DNA of 64,000 nucleotides from NCBI RefSeq assembly GCF_035594765.1, contig NC_085844.1:46453923-46517922 (forward strand). The letters are read 5' to 3'. The position numbers and the translations under genes were made by a program. Position 1 is the stretch's first letter. Each line of letters opens with the position of its first letter. The notes below the pieces were generated by a model. It was not told where the DNA came from and ran no database searches. It worked only from the letters and a program-made list of their open reading frames with translations. Below are positions 49,300 to 62,900 of this stretch, piece by piece. The DNA is from Anolis carolinensis. Lineage: Eukaryota.

Positions 49300-50686
49300 A
49301 TCCCAATACAGACTCACAGCTGGGGACACTCATAAAATGTGACAGACTCTTCCATCTGGGGACCGATTACACCAGGACCAGAGTGCACTAACAACCTCAA
49401 GTTGCTTCAAGTAGTAGACCTCCTCTCCCCTCCAGGGGCCACCAACAGGGCAGGGGCAAGCAGCCTGATCATGCTCAGCAACTAATTTAGCTCTCATCTT
49501 TGGGAAGAGCGACAGGTATCAAAATTTTATGATTCTATGCTCAATGCACCTTTAGTTTCAGTTTTCCTTTATACCCATTTCTTGACCTAGTACCATTTGT
49601 GGCCTTCAGGGCTGTTGATTCCCTATTAACTGCTACACTCACGTTTTTGGATCGCCTCTCCCCTTTTTCTGGAGGCATGGCGTGAGATCACTGGGTGTTG
49701 GAGATTGTCAGAACCGACTATGCCATTGAGTTTGCTAGCCTTCACCCAGTTGGGTCGCCTTTGGCCAGCCTCCACTCACAAATGGCAACTACACTGAAAG
49801 GAAGCTTGATTCATCTTCTACTACTGGGGGACTCCACGAGTAACTTCTTTGCCTCCCCCCTCAACACTCACTGTCCATTGTTCTGTTCCCACCACCGCCT
49901 GCAGATAAGTCACAGATGTCTGGGCAATGCCTTTCTTTTCACATGGTGGCTGGGGCTCCTCTACGCTTTTCCTCCTATACCACTAATAACAAGAACAGTG
50001 GCAAAAGTCCTGAGGGACAGAGAAGACTACATCCTCATCACACCATGGTGGCCCCAGCAACCTTGGCTTGCCCCACTGTTACAGGCTTCCAGGGGCAACT
50101 ACCATCACTTCAGGTGCAAACGGGACCTTCTGACCTGCCAGGCCAGACAAGTCTGTCACCTGGACATTCTGGCCCTCCATCTGATGGCATGGCTCCAGCC
50201 AGTCAGGGCCTCTCGCCATCCATAGCATTTGTTATCACTGCTACTCCACAAAGCAGCCCTCTGCCTACAAGTGGAGACATTTCTCTTCCTTCTCACAGAA
50301 GGCTGGTGTTGACCCACTCATGGTATTGACACCCTGGATTTCTTTCACTGTCAAAGCAAGAATTTTCCCTCTTTTCCTTTAAATGTTACCTGTCTGTCAT
50401 CTCATGGTACAGGTAGAGAGTGAGACATTCTATTTTCAGGACCCCACTCATTCAACCTTTTCTGCAAGATAGATAGTTTCTCCAAAAGAAATACTGCCTT
50501 TAACAGCTGCCAAGGAACTGATGTGCTAACATCTTCAGCTGGCTGTATATCCTCCAGGGGAGGGTGGGCAGGATTACCACCAACAGGCTTCTTAAACTAT
50601 ACACCTGTGCACAAGACCCCCCATATGTGTGAATTTCACAGATGACCACTGGAAGAAACATGGTTACCAGTAAGCAATACATTCTT
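49300..50686 (+). mobile_element. Decayed DIRS-type tyrosine-recombinase retrotransposon relic (left boundary approximate)
   Basis: ORF 49695-50225 contains LLYAFPPIPLI...ILITPWWPQQPW, typical of the DIRS pol C-terminal region; DIRS-like terminal sequence GAAGAAACATGGTTACCAGTAAGCAA. Confidence 0.7.
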
Positions 50687-51866
50687 CCAACAAGCTATTC
50701 TTTTCCAATCCAATTATCACAGAGACAGAAAGTGAGGTAAAATCTTCTGAACAGGGGCACAGCAAGACAACAAAACATCACAGGAGAATTAACTTTCCTA
50801 TGCTATCCAAAGCATTGCTGGAGTTACACTTCGAAATGCACCTGTTCCAACTTACAAATTCAAAAACAAACCTACAGAACCTATCTTGTTTGTAACACGG
50901 GAGCTGCCTGTACTAATAACTGACCTTGCTTAGCTTCCAGGATCAAATAGAATCTGTTGACTTTAGGTATTAAGGCAACTTGCTTGATTGATATATGTTG
51001 CAATTATTTATGTACTACACTAGCAGTAAACTGCACTGATGTACAGATATTTCCCCGCAAGCACAAGTGTGAAACATCCAGCTGAAAGAATAAAATCCTC
51101 ATAACACTAAAGTATCCAAAGCAAAGCAGTTCAAGGATATACTGAAGATATTAAGAGGGACGAGAAATGTGGAATGTCCATCAACCAGAAATTTTGGAGT
51201 GCACAGCAGGCATTGATATCTGCTGAGGTTTGGTTCAGGATTATCGCCATCATCCCTGCCCCCTTGATATCAAAATTCATGACTGCTCAAGTCTCATTAT
51301 ATAAGTATAAAATGGTGTAATAAAATATTTCTAATATAAAATGGCAAAATAAAGGTTAGTTCTGGGGTGTGGGAGACAACTGTAAGCCTCATGGAAGCAC
51401 AAATTACTTTGAGCAGTAATTTCTTGATATTACTTTATGAAAACCAGACTGTTTAATATATTATTTTCTTGCCATCAAAATGTGGTTTGCACCAGGGGCC
51501 ACATCTACAATGTAGAATTAAGGCAGTTTGGCATCACTTCAACTATTTTGGCTCAGTGCTGTGGAATCATGGGAACTGTAGTTTGGTGAAGCACCAGCAC
51601 TCTTTGGCAGAGAAGGCCAAAGGTCCTACAAAACTACAACTCCCATGATTCCAGAGAATAAGAATTTTATTTCTTACCCACCTCGAGGATTGAGCCATGT
51701 TAAAGGGGTGCCAGACCTCATTAATTATACAGTGTAGAGATGCATCATGAGATTAAACTGTTGTTTTTATTTTGATTTGTAAATGCACTCTTATAAGCAA
51801 TCACACCCTTTCCAAAAAACAAAAAGAAGGGTGGTTAGCTCCTATGAGTGAAGGGATCTTGTAGCA

Positions 51867-52214
51867 ATGTGTTGTCAAAGGCTTTCATGGCCAGAATCAC
51901 TGGGTTGCTGTGGTTTTCTGGGCTGTATGGCCATGTCGGGAGGCATTTTTTCCTGACGTTTTGCCTGCATCTATGGCAGGCATCCTCTGAGTTAATGAGG
52001 TATGCTGGAAACTAGCCAGGTGGGGTTTATATATCTGTGGAATGTTCAGGGTGGGAGAAAAAAACTCTTGTCTGAGGCAAGTGTGAAAGCTGCACCTGGC
52101 CACCTTGATTAGCACTGAATAGCTTTTCAGTTTCAAGGTCTGGCTGCTTACTGCCTGGGGGAAAGAATGCTTCTGGAACATGGCCATACAGCCCAGAAAA
52201 CTCACAGCCACCCA
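51867..52214 (-). mobile_element. Older Penelope-like insertion with inverted 5' piece and degenerate hammerhead
   Basis: TSD GATCTTGTAGCA at 51855 and 52215; same tail as the other copies. Confidence 0.8.
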
Positions 52215-52690
52215 GATCTTGTAGCACATTTGGGTCTAAAAGAGGACCCATCTATACTAACCATTTAATGGTTTCAGACTGGTTTTGCTGTGCAGAGGAT
52301 TACATAGGAAATCTGCTCGAGGACTGGTGACGATAGAAACCACAAAATACCGAGGCGCATTATGGGCTTTCTTTTCTTTCGTGCGCTTTTGGTGGAGTTT
52401 GAAGCGGGCTTTGAACTGCGTTAAATGGTCAATGCGGGGCGGTGACGCAGAGAACGAAGGAGGTATCGTAAACTTTTACGGAACCAAGGCTGCCCTATAT
52501 TCCAGTTTCAGAATGTGGATGAACTGCATTGATCTGGATTATAGGGCAGTGCAAACTGATATCCAGTTAAATGCGGTTAACCCACGTTTCCGAAACTGGG
52601 CTATAAAGCAGTGAAGATCCAGCCTAAAACTACTTCCTCTGGTGCATTTTCCACGACCTCAATTAATCCAAGAAGCCTGGTATTCCAGAA

Positions 52691-52834
52691 CAGGAATAGG
52701 CAAACTTGGGCCATCCCTCCAGTTGTTTTGGACTTCAACTCCCACCATTCCTAACCGCCGCCTGAGGCGGTTAGGAATGGTGGGAGTTGAAGTCCAAAAC
52801 ACCTGCAGGGAAGGCCCAAGTTTGTCCATGCCTA
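52691..52834. mobile_element. hAT MITE just upstream of the RPS20 promoter
   Basis: Palindromic; same family as 2955 and 5530; TSD TTCCAGAA/TTCCAGGC. Confidence 0.75.
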
Positions 52835-52985
52835 TTCCAGGCTAACACGGCTTCGTCTGTGAAGCCAGATTTCCTCCAGCCACCATTTCGGAAGCATTGG
52901 ATTGAATTCGAGGGTGGAAATAGTCCCCGCCCGCCTCTTACGCGACCAGTTCCGGGGCAAAACGGGGAGGGTGTTTCGAGGAGGC

Positions 52986-53030
52986 TATATAAGGCGCGCC
53001 TTCCCAGCGGCCTCTCTCTTTTCCCCTTCT
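52986..53030 (+). promoter_or_regulatory. RPS20 core promoter: TATA box and polypyrimidine (TCT/5'TOP) initiator
   Basis: TATATAA 52986-52992, then CCTCTCTCTTTTCCCCTTCT 53011-53030. Confidence 0.85.
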
Positions 53031-53119
53031 GAAGGCAGTGAGGCCTGCTTCCTGACTCACCGCTGTTCCGTGGGCCTCGTGCGCGCGAATAAGTCGGTCA
53101 GGAAAGAAAGAAGGCCGCC

Positions 53120-53122
53120 ATG
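53120..53122 (+). CDS. RPS20: 40S ribosomal protein S20 (uS10), exon 1 (ATG only)
   Basis: GCCGCCATG|GTGAGA: Kozak context followed by donor; exons of 3+100+74+183 nt = 360 nt = 119 aa plus stop. Confidence 0.9.
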
Positions 53123-53738
53123 GTGAGAGAGTGAGAAAGTCATAGACAGAGGGAGAGGGGGAGGGAGAGAGCCAATGAGGGAAGCGCCCAGGGACGGCCG
53201 TTGCTTTGAAACGTTCTAAAAGGGCTTCGAAGGGGGGGGGGGGGGTTGTTGTACCGGTTGGTTTCGCCCACTCCAACTCTTCCCCCCCCCCGCCCACCAC
53301 CATTACCTTTTCCAATTTTGCGCGCGTGCGCTCTTACGTCGCTTCCCTTCTCTAAAGGGGAAACTCTTTGTAGGATTGTGCCATGTAATTCATAAAAAGG
53401 GGGCAGGGGTGGAGCGCGCCTTCCCTGCCTTCGCATTTCTCAGTATCCCGGCTCTTTACAAGACTGTACCATCTGGCTGAGGGGGGAAAGGGAGGGGCGT
53501 GGCTTTTCTCTTTTCAACTCCCAGAATGATTCAGTCGTCCTGGGAGAAACTGGATTTAAATGTAACATAATGAATAAATATATATAAAACAAAGGATTCC
53601 CCCCCCCCCGCAGGAAGCAGCCAGGCTTTGAAGCTGCAAGGCCATTCAGTGCTAATCCAGGTGGCCAGTTGCAGCATTCACACTTGCCTCCAACAAACAA
53701 GAGTTCTTTCTCCCACCCTGGGCATTATTCCACAGATA

Positions 53739-54056
53739 CAGTAGAGTCTCACATATCCAACACTCGCTTATCCAACGTTTTGGATTATCCAACACATTTT
53801 TGTAGTCAATGTTTTCAATACGATATTTTGGTGCTAAATTCATAAATACAGTAATTACTACATAGCATTACTGCATATTGAACTACTTTTTTTGTCAAAT
53901 TTGTGGTATAACATGATGTTTTGGTGCTTAATTTGTAAAATCATAACCTAATTTGATGTTTAATAGGCTTTTTCTTAATCCCACCTTATTGTCCAACATA
54001 TTTGCTTATCCAACGTTCTGCCAGCTCGTTTATGTTGGGTAAGTGAGACTCTACTA
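53739..54056. mobile_element. Tc1/mariner (pogo-like) MITE in RPS20 intron 1
   Basis: TIR CAGTAGAGTCTCAC / GTGAGACTCTACT; TA TSD. Confidence 0.85.
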
Positions 54057-54186
54057 TATATAAACCCCAATTGCCTAGTTTTCCAACAAACTTCTCAACC
54101 TCTGAGGATGCCTGCCATGGGCGAAACGTCAGGAGAGAATGCTTCTGGAACATGGCCATACAGCCCGGAATACTCACAGCAACCCA
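54057..54186 (+). mobile_element. Tail-less Penelope pLTR fragment
   Basis: Homologous to the 51867-52214 and 24262-24480 copies. Confidence 0.8.
54099..54133 (+). ncRNA. Minimal hammerhead ribozyme motif, sense in RPS20 intron 1
   Basis: CCU-CUGAGGA-U-GCCUGCCAUGGGC-GAAAC-GUC^AGG with shortened stem II; flanks UUCUC/GAGAA extend stem I. Confidence 0.6.
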
Positions 54187-54619
54187 ATAAATATATACTA
54201 TGGCATAAAGTCCATGCTTTACATACTCGTTTTGAACCTCTGGTCTCACTGGAATGCTGACAGGTAGTTTGCCATTGTCTTCCTCTGGAATCATCCACCA
54301 TTTGCTGTTATTTGGCGATTTCTTACCCAAGTAGGTTAGAGCCTGCTTGCATCTAGTACACTGTAAAATTAAGGCACTTTGATAGCCCTTACATGCTGCA
54401 AGCCACCCTGAGTCCCTTCCAGGAGAGTGGACAGGATATAAATAAAACTTACTATTATTATTATTTGGTTCTGCAATGTAGAGACACCAGTTTAACTGCC
54501 AAAGCTCTATCCTGGGATTTGTACTTTGCCATGGCACTAAAACTCTTAGAAAGGTAAACATGTCACAAAACTGTAAATCGCAGGATCTCATAGCACTGAA
54601 CCATGACAGGTAATCCTAC

Positions 54620-55130
54620 TACTACTAATAATAGTAATAAACGTTATACCCTGCCACCATCTCCCAGAGGGACTCCGGGCAGCTGATAAAGCACTCAAAG
54701 GTGCAACATGCAAAAAGTGCAAAAAACAAATAAAACAATAATCAACAAACATAAACATCACAACTTCACAATGCCCACTGATTAAAATCAATAAAATACA
54801 GCAATAGCTTCAGGTAAAAACAACAGTAACCAATCTCAGTCTTGTAAAATGCATAATAAGGAATCAATAGGTCCTCATGTATATTCATTAAAATGATCTA
54901 AATATGGTCAAAGGCTTGTAAAAAATGTCTTCAATAGGGTATGGAAAGCTTGGAGAGTGGAGGCTAGCCTGATCTCTCTTGGGAGGGCATTCCAAAGCTG
55001 GGGGGCCACGAACGAGAAGGCCCTTCCTCTCATTCCCACCAGCCGCACTTGAGATGGAGATGGGACCGAGAGGAGGGCCTAGCCGGTAGATCTTAATGCC
55101 TACGCCAGTTGGACCTGAAGCGTATAGGGC
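54620..55130 (-). mobile_element. L2 LINE 3' fragment
   Basis: Minus strand encodes RAFSFVAPQLWNALP (L2 ORF2 end), followed by the stem-loop 3' end and a (TTA)/(TAG) tail. Confidence 0.8.
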
Positions 55131-56026
55131 TTTATAAGTAATAACCTATGCTCAATATGGTCTCAAACCACCATAATTTTTTAAAAGTGTGGCTGCAGCC
55201 TAATTCCAGCTGTAACTCCGAACTACAGGAGATCCTTTTGTATTAGATGGATAGATTCTTCCCAGAACTATAATTCCGTACTCAAGGGTGGGTTCGAAGT
55301 TAAATGCTATTGAACATTTGTTTGTGAACATGCTGTATCTATCTTTCTAACCCAATATTGTAATGTTTTAAAGTATTGTGATGGTGGTGGCAGAGTTCCC
55401 TGTTGCTGATCATTAAAGCCATTCTGGAAAGGAAATCCATTTGTTTAAGCAAGCTTTAAATAATCTTCAAAATATTGTGGCAGAAGTGGTCTCATTGCCT
55501 GTGTTTATTATTTTACTATGTAGACATCAATAAGGAATCTTAACCAGCCGTAATGTGTACTTTGTGTTTGTTAAGCAATTTCCCCAGTTTGACTGTTCTG
55601 TAAACTCTTGTATGTTATTCACTTAACTGCTGTGGGTCCATGGACCGTAATAAAGTTATGTATGTAATGGGACAACATGGGAAAGTTTGGTACCTGCAGA
55701 TTACTTTATTATGGTAAATATGCCGACTTGCTCAACACTATAATTTATATACTGCTTCCCTCTTAAGTGGGCTCAAAGCACATCACAAAATACTTTGGAA
55801 ACAAGGCTAAGTGCATCAAAAAGTTAAGTTTAGCAGGAATCTGGTAGCAATTTCTATCAGGATGCTTTACTCATTTAAATATACAGGAATTGAGCAGCCA
55901 CTTCCACATACTTTTATAATTATTCGATATGATCAGCGTTTTGTAGCCTGAAAACTTTTTGATGTATGTATAGATCTTGTGAGACATTTAAGTAAGAAAT
56001 GTATCTTTCCAAACTGTTTGTTTTAG

Positions 56027-56131
<105 letters not shown>

Positions 56132-57171
56132 TAGCGAATTGGCACAGGAATCCTGAATATTTGGTAAAAGCCTTGCATGCAGTTTCTCTGTTCAATCTTT
56201 GGTTCTCTTTTAGCCCGACCTTTCCAATTTAGGATACATCTACACTGTAGAATTGACCCCACTTTAACTGCTATGGCTCAATGTGATGGGATTCTGCGAG
56301 TTGTGCAAGGTTTTTTGGCTCTGACAAACTGAGAACTACAAATTCCAGAATTCAATCACATTGAACCATGGCCGCTAAAGTGGTGTCAGTTAGCATTAAT
56401 TTTACAATGTGGGTGGACCCTTAGTCACATGTCAGTTCATTGAGGCCAGTTCAGTGCAGTATTGAGCTGTTTGTATTAATATATAAAATCAGGAATGATA
56501 GACTAAGAAATAGCAATATTGTTTTCTGTTTAGATAATTAATGATTTGTTTATGGACTGTGTTCTAAAGTTTATTGCACTTTAGTATAGAGGCAAATTCT
56601 TATGGAATGAGACAATCTAGTTCAATTTTGAATGTTGCTTCTTTTGTAATACCTGATTACACTAATCTTTTATCTTACATCATCATTATGATTACACCAT
56701 TTTCCCCAGGATTGGGACAAAGCTGTCCAACTCATAAAAAGCAATGCAGTTAAAAACATACCATAAATCATGTGGAAGCGTTTTTGTAGCATGTAAATAC
56801 CTAAAACACCACATTCTCTCTGATTGTGGAAGCTTGACAGATTTGGCCCTGTTTGTTGTTATTATGTTTATCTATACCCCACTTTTTCTTTCCACAAGGA
56901 GACTCAAAGCAGCTGGTTAGTACTTGGATAGGATACCAATGAATACCAGGTGCTGTAGGCTATATTTCAGATAAAGGAACGGGGATAATGACATTTGAAA
57001 ACTCCTAGTCTGACAGAAGTCATAGAGTGACAATAGGTATCTTGAAGGCACAGACACAAAGCTCAAGACTTTTGACTTCCCACCGAAAAAAACTACAAAT
57101 GAAATGGACTGTTTTTTTGTAAACATCTTGCTTGCATCAACAACTTTACTATAACAAGTTTTGTTTTAAGA

Positions 57172-57453
<282 letters not shown>

Positions 57454-57781
57454 TAAAAAAGATAGTTCTTTGAATTGGGTAGTATAACTTTCATACTAGC
57501 ATTTTGTGTAGTGAATTTATGAATGATGTCTCAGATGTGGGAGGAATTGGTGATAAATGAAATAACATACCTTCTAAGAAGTTTTAGGAGTGTCTATCGG
57601 CATTAGACACATGCAGCCTGCACCCCACAAACTCATGAGGGGAAAATGGATTGATGGTCATAGGATAGAATTTTTTCCAGGAATAAATAAATAAATTCCA
57701 GGAACATTTTAATTTCCATGTAAAATATTATAACAAAAAACTGCATAGTAATCAGCTCTTGTTAATTCATTTAAATTATAG

Positions 57782-57964
<183 letters not shown>

Positions 57965-58910
57965 AATTATTTGCATCTGTTTCAATAAAAATTGAGAATA
58001 ACTTTTCACCTTTGTTGCTTTGCTTATTGTGTTGTCTTGAAATCAATTATGAAATTTAAATTTACTATCCTTTATTTGTCACAGTTTGAACAAGGAAGCA
58101 AGAAAGATCAGATACTGGTAAACATAAGGTGCATTACGCTGCAGAACCAAACTACAAATCCCAGGATTCTATAGCATTTTGCCATGGCCGTTAAGGTGGG
58201 GTCAAATTTGCATTCTGCAGTGCAGGTGTTCTAGGCAGAGCAGGGATTAAACCCAGGTCTCCAAAGTGGTCTTAACACTTAAACCACAATAGTCGGAAAC
58301 AAGTGGATTGTTTTAAAACCTGAAATCATAAATATTCAGGATACAGCACTAGGTTCAGATACATGATTGACTTACCTGTCTTCTTGTATGTGGCCTATAT
58401 ATTTGTTGTGTATGGTCTAAATCAGTTAACACCCTTGAAACAAAAGAATTGTATGTGAACAGTTGTATGCAGAAGCTCCAGAGTAAAAAAAATACCATGT
58501 TTGTGATGTAATTGGGATTGATCAATTAGTTCCTGTATATTTTTCATTACTGTGTTGGAATTACAACAGTCTTCATTAGATAGCAGTTCTTGCCCATTCA
58601 GAACAAGCTGCTGACTAGAAACTGCTGTTTTAAAAGCCCTTTTCAGGTATGCAATTTGAAGGAATGTTGGAAAACTAATCAGATATTAATCTCTATTGAC
58701 TTTCTAAGTTATTACTGTATAGGTTACTAACAAAATGACCAGTATTTTGATAGTTTGGAATCTGTGTTATTGAATGGCTTCCATTGCTAAAGATAAGAAA
58801 TGAGTAGTTATAGTATCTCAAATATATGAGAACCTTTTTATGCAACTGATTAAACACTTAAAATTTAGGTGTTGAACTGCTAAACATAATCTAGCTACAA
58901 TACATTTTGT

Positions 58911-59350
58911 TTATTTGTTCAGTTGCTTCCAACTCTTCGTGACCTCATGGACCAGCCCACAGCAGAGCTCCCTATTCCCCGTAGCCACCCCCAGCTCCTT
59001 CAAGGTCAAGCCAGTCACTTCAAGGATACCATCCATCCACCTTGCCCTTGGCCGACCCCTCTTTCCTTCCATTTTCCCCAGCATTATTCTCTTCTCAAGC
59101 TTTCCTGTCTTCTCATTGTGTGGCCAAAGTACTTCAACTTTGTCTCTTATATCTTTCCCTCCAGTGAGCAGTTGGGCATTATTTCCTGGAGTATGGACTG
59201 GTTGGGTCTTCTTGCGGTCCAAGGCACTCAGAATTTTCATCCAACATGGTTCAAAATCGCTCAGCCTTCCTTATGGTCCAGCTCTCACATCCATAGGTTA
59301 CTAAGAGGAATACCATTGCTTTAGCTATGCAGACCTTTGTTGCCAGTGTG
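58911..59350 (-). mobile_element. RTE/BovB LINE 3' fragment
   Basis: LEKRIMLGKMEGKRGRPRARWMDGI...VHEVTKS is the BovB/RTE ORF C-terminus. Confidence 0.85.
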
Positions 59351-59679
59351 AGTTAAGGTCCATATATGTCTAGCTCAAGAGTTTCCACAAGAGGTCACTA
59401 AAGGATTTAAAAAGATATGGGGGAAAAACTGAAAACCCTGGAAATCTTTTTATATAGCATTTCTTGAGATCTGAACATTATTTCAAGAATTTTTACAGGG
59501 TAAAAGGTAGGGAAAGGCTTCCTTATAAGGTCATATGCCCCCATTGTGTACAGTGTATCAACCTAGTTTGCTACTGCTTTCATAATTATGCTCCAGTATA
59601 ACAGATGACAAGGGAAATGTTTTCACATTAGGTTTCCAATTAATTGGTCTTGTCAAAAATGTAGGATCTTCCACTAGCA

Positions 59680-59814
59680 CAGTGGTTCTCAACCTGGGGT
59701 CCCCAGATGTTTTTGGCCTACAACTCCCAGAAATCCCAGCCAGTTTACCAGCTGCTAGGATTTCTGGGAGTTGAAGGACAAGAAAATCTGGGGACTCCAG
59801 ACTGAGAGGCACTG
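59680..59814. mobile_element. hAT MITE, same family as 2179-2313
   Basis: TIR CAGTGGTTCTCAACC; TSD CACTAGCA/CACTAGCT. Confidence 0.8.
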
Positions 59815-61792
59815 CACTAGCTGAAGAGCAGTAGAAGCGACAAATAGCAACCAGTAATAACAACCAGTAACCTCTGCCTCCTGCTACATACCACTGTAAA
59901 TGGAGAATGGGATAGACAGCTAATGTATGCCCCCCAAATGATTCTTTGAGTGCATCTACATTGTAGAATTAATGCAGTTTGACACCACTTTAACTGCTAT
60001 GGCTCAATGCTATAGAATCATGGGATTTGTAGTTTTGCATGGCATCAGCACTCTGGCAAGAAGAGCTAAGGAGCTTATAAAACTACAATTCCCAGGATTC
60101 CATAGCATTGAGCCAGGGCAGTTAAAGTGATGTCAAGCTGCATCAATTCTACAGTGATGCAACCCTTGATGCCTTGCTCCGAAGAGACTGTGGAGGCAGA
60201 ACATAATGAATAAATGGCCTGGGAAATAGCCTGAAAGTGATATTCCAAGCCCTGTCCTTAATGTTCTGCTACCAAGCCAGGTGCTAAGGAAAGCCAACAG
60301 GAGGTGCGCAACAGATGACTGTTTTCCTTCTGAAACCCTTGCCACAGTTCTACTTTCTCTATGGAGAGTTGTTTTATTTTTTAACCTGTATACCATGTCC
60401 AAAACATGATAAGTAACGTATTTCAGTAAACAATATAGCTTTGTATATATTACTGTTCCCTAATTTAAAAAGCAGCTTCCTTTTGATGTATATATTCTCC
60501 ATGAGACCAACTAAGCATGGAAACAAAAATGCAGATGAGTTGGTAACATAAAAGCAAAATCCACAGTGAGCTAGTATTAATCTACCACCATGTCATCAAT
60601 ATGTAATCTAAACAATTTGTTTGCTAAAGACATATATGGATCTAACAGTACTACCAGACTCTTTATCATGGTAGGATATGCCTTCAAATTGCTTGCTCAT
60701 TTATGGTAACTTTTAATTCCATAGGGTGGTATTCCTTGGTGGTCTTCCTTCCAAATGCTAAACAGACCTGCCTTTTCATAGCTTCTAGGATCCGCATGTC
60801 TCTCATCTGTATTAGAAAGTGTAACCTCATCCAAATCAGTAAAAACTCCTCTTGTCTGAAATTATTTATGTTTATTTATGCTTCATTCTTAAAACTTCTA
60901 TCTTCTGCTATGCTATATAAATACATTTTCCGTTCTCAGTTTCAATATGCTGTATTCAATATACAGTATAATAGAGTTTTATTTCCTAGGATAGAGTACA
61001 GAATCACGGTTTTGAAGTATGTCTCTTGTAGACACAAAAATCTCAGTGTTTAGCGCCGTATAAATATATATCGTAAGTGGATTTTGAAAAGTAAAATCCC
61101 TTTTGAGTATCTACAGATTTTTAGATTTTTTCCATTACCATCCTTAAGCAGTTTTGCAAAAACTGAAGAATGTAACTTCCAACCTAAGATTTTATAAAAC
61201 TTACTACTAATTACAATGAAGCATCTTCATTCTACACACCTTTGTGAGAGTTTCAGTAAATCTGAAATATCTCATATCCTTAGTGAATCAAAGTGTTTCT
61301 GTCCCCATATGAGAAGGGCGTCTGGTGTTAGAAGGGGCTAACTCTACATGAAAAGATATGTCTTGGTGAGAATCACAAGTACACAGCTGAAAACTGAGAA
61401 CACTAGGAATTAATGAATAGTCGTATGTCCTGCCTGACACTTGAGCTCGATTCCTCAGCTGTCATCAAAGGTAGTTCTTGAGCAGAACTGTTTCTTTACC
61501 AGTTTTGAAAAGTTTTTATTAGGTTTCAACATACATCATCAAAAAGGACATACTTAAACAAAACAAACATAACATAATCCAACTATTTAATAAAAGTATA
61601 TTGTCTAGACTTCCTTCTTTCCCTTTAAGGTAGAAGTTCTTCCTTAATCTTACATTCCATTTTTAAAAGAAAAGAATACTTAAATACTTACTGTTTATTT
61701 GTGTTCACAGAGACTACTATTACTTCCTTATTTCCTCTAAAAATTTATTTATTGGTAGATATTTTCTATCTGTCCTGTTGTAAGACATATTT

Positions 61793-61997
61793 GTTAAACC
61801 CTTGTGCCAGCTGAGCTGCTGACCCGAAGGTTGGATTAATGACCTGAAGGTTGCCGGTTCAAATCCGTGAGGCAGGGCGAGCTCCTGTTTGTCAGCGCTA
61901 ACTTGCGGGAACATGAGAGAAGCCTCCTAGCAGGATGGTAACACATCCGGGTGTCCCTTGGGCAACGTCTCTCACACCAGAAGCAACTTGCAGCATG
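61793..61997 (+). mobile_element. Truncated tRNA-derived squamate SINE
   Basis: B-box-like GGTTCAAATCC; head similar to the element at 62341. Confidence 0.6.
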
Positions 61998-62340
61998 CTT
62001 TGAAACAATTAAAAAAAATTCTCCCACTCTTTCTGCAACTTGTTTAGATAGCTCCCCTTTATTATCCTAGATAATTTGTCCATTTCCATTATTTCTCTTA
62101 ATTTCAATTGCCATATATGGATGGAAGGTACTTCAGTTGTTTTCTACTTTTTTTCCAGAACAATTCTTGCTGTTGTGATCAGGTACATAATAATTCTCTT
62201 TGTAGGTTTATTAATCCGTACATCTATCATATTGAGATGTTGCAGTGTAAATTCTAGTTGTAAATGTAAGATGCTATTAGATGTATTATGTCTTTTCTTC
62301 CAATAATTCTTAAGCCTTTTACACTTCCATAACATTTGAG

Positions 62341-62519
62341 GGAGCTTCTGGTGGCGCAGCGGGTTAAACCGCTGAGCTGCTGAACTTTCTGAGCAAAAGG
62401 TTGGCGGTTCAAATCCAGGGAGCGGGGTGAGCTCCCGCTATTAGCCCTAGCTTCTGCCAACCTAGCAGCTTGAAAACATGCAAATGTGAGTAGATCAATA
62501 GGTACCACTCCAGTGGGAA

Positions 62520-62580
<61 letters not shown>

Positions 62581-62900
62581 CTTTATTTATACCCCGCCAC
62601 CATCTCCCCATGGGGACTCGGGGCGGCTCACAATGTTACAAAAGTAACAGCGCAAATACATTAACAATACACAGTTTAAAACACAAGAAGATGATAAAAC
62701 AAGTTAAAACAAAGATTTAAACAACAGTAATAATATCAATAGTAATAATATCAAACAACCACGCCATGCAGTCATGCCGGCCATGACCTTGGAGACGTCT
62801 ATGGACAACGCCGGCTCTTCAGCTTAGAAATGGAGATGAGCACCTACCCCCAGAGTCGGACACTACTAGATTTAATGTCAGGGGGAAACCTTTATCTTTA
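62341..62900 (+). mobile_element. Sauria SINE interrupted by an inverted L2 3' end with (TAA)n (~62522-62760)
   Basis: Pol III A and B boxes TGGCGCAGCGGG / GGTTCAAATCC; body GTGAGTAGATCAATAGGTACC; BovB-like 3' end GAGTCGGACAC...ACCTTTATCTTTA. Confidence 0.85.

Noticed and set aside
55851-55955. Possible second C/D snoRNA in RPS20 intron 1 (CTGA 75 nt before the acceptor; TCAGG/CCTGA stem)
   Set aside because: No acceptable box C and no recognisable rRNA complement
57520-57580. ATGATG box-C-like motif in RPS20 intron 3
   Set aside because: No matching box D or terminal stem
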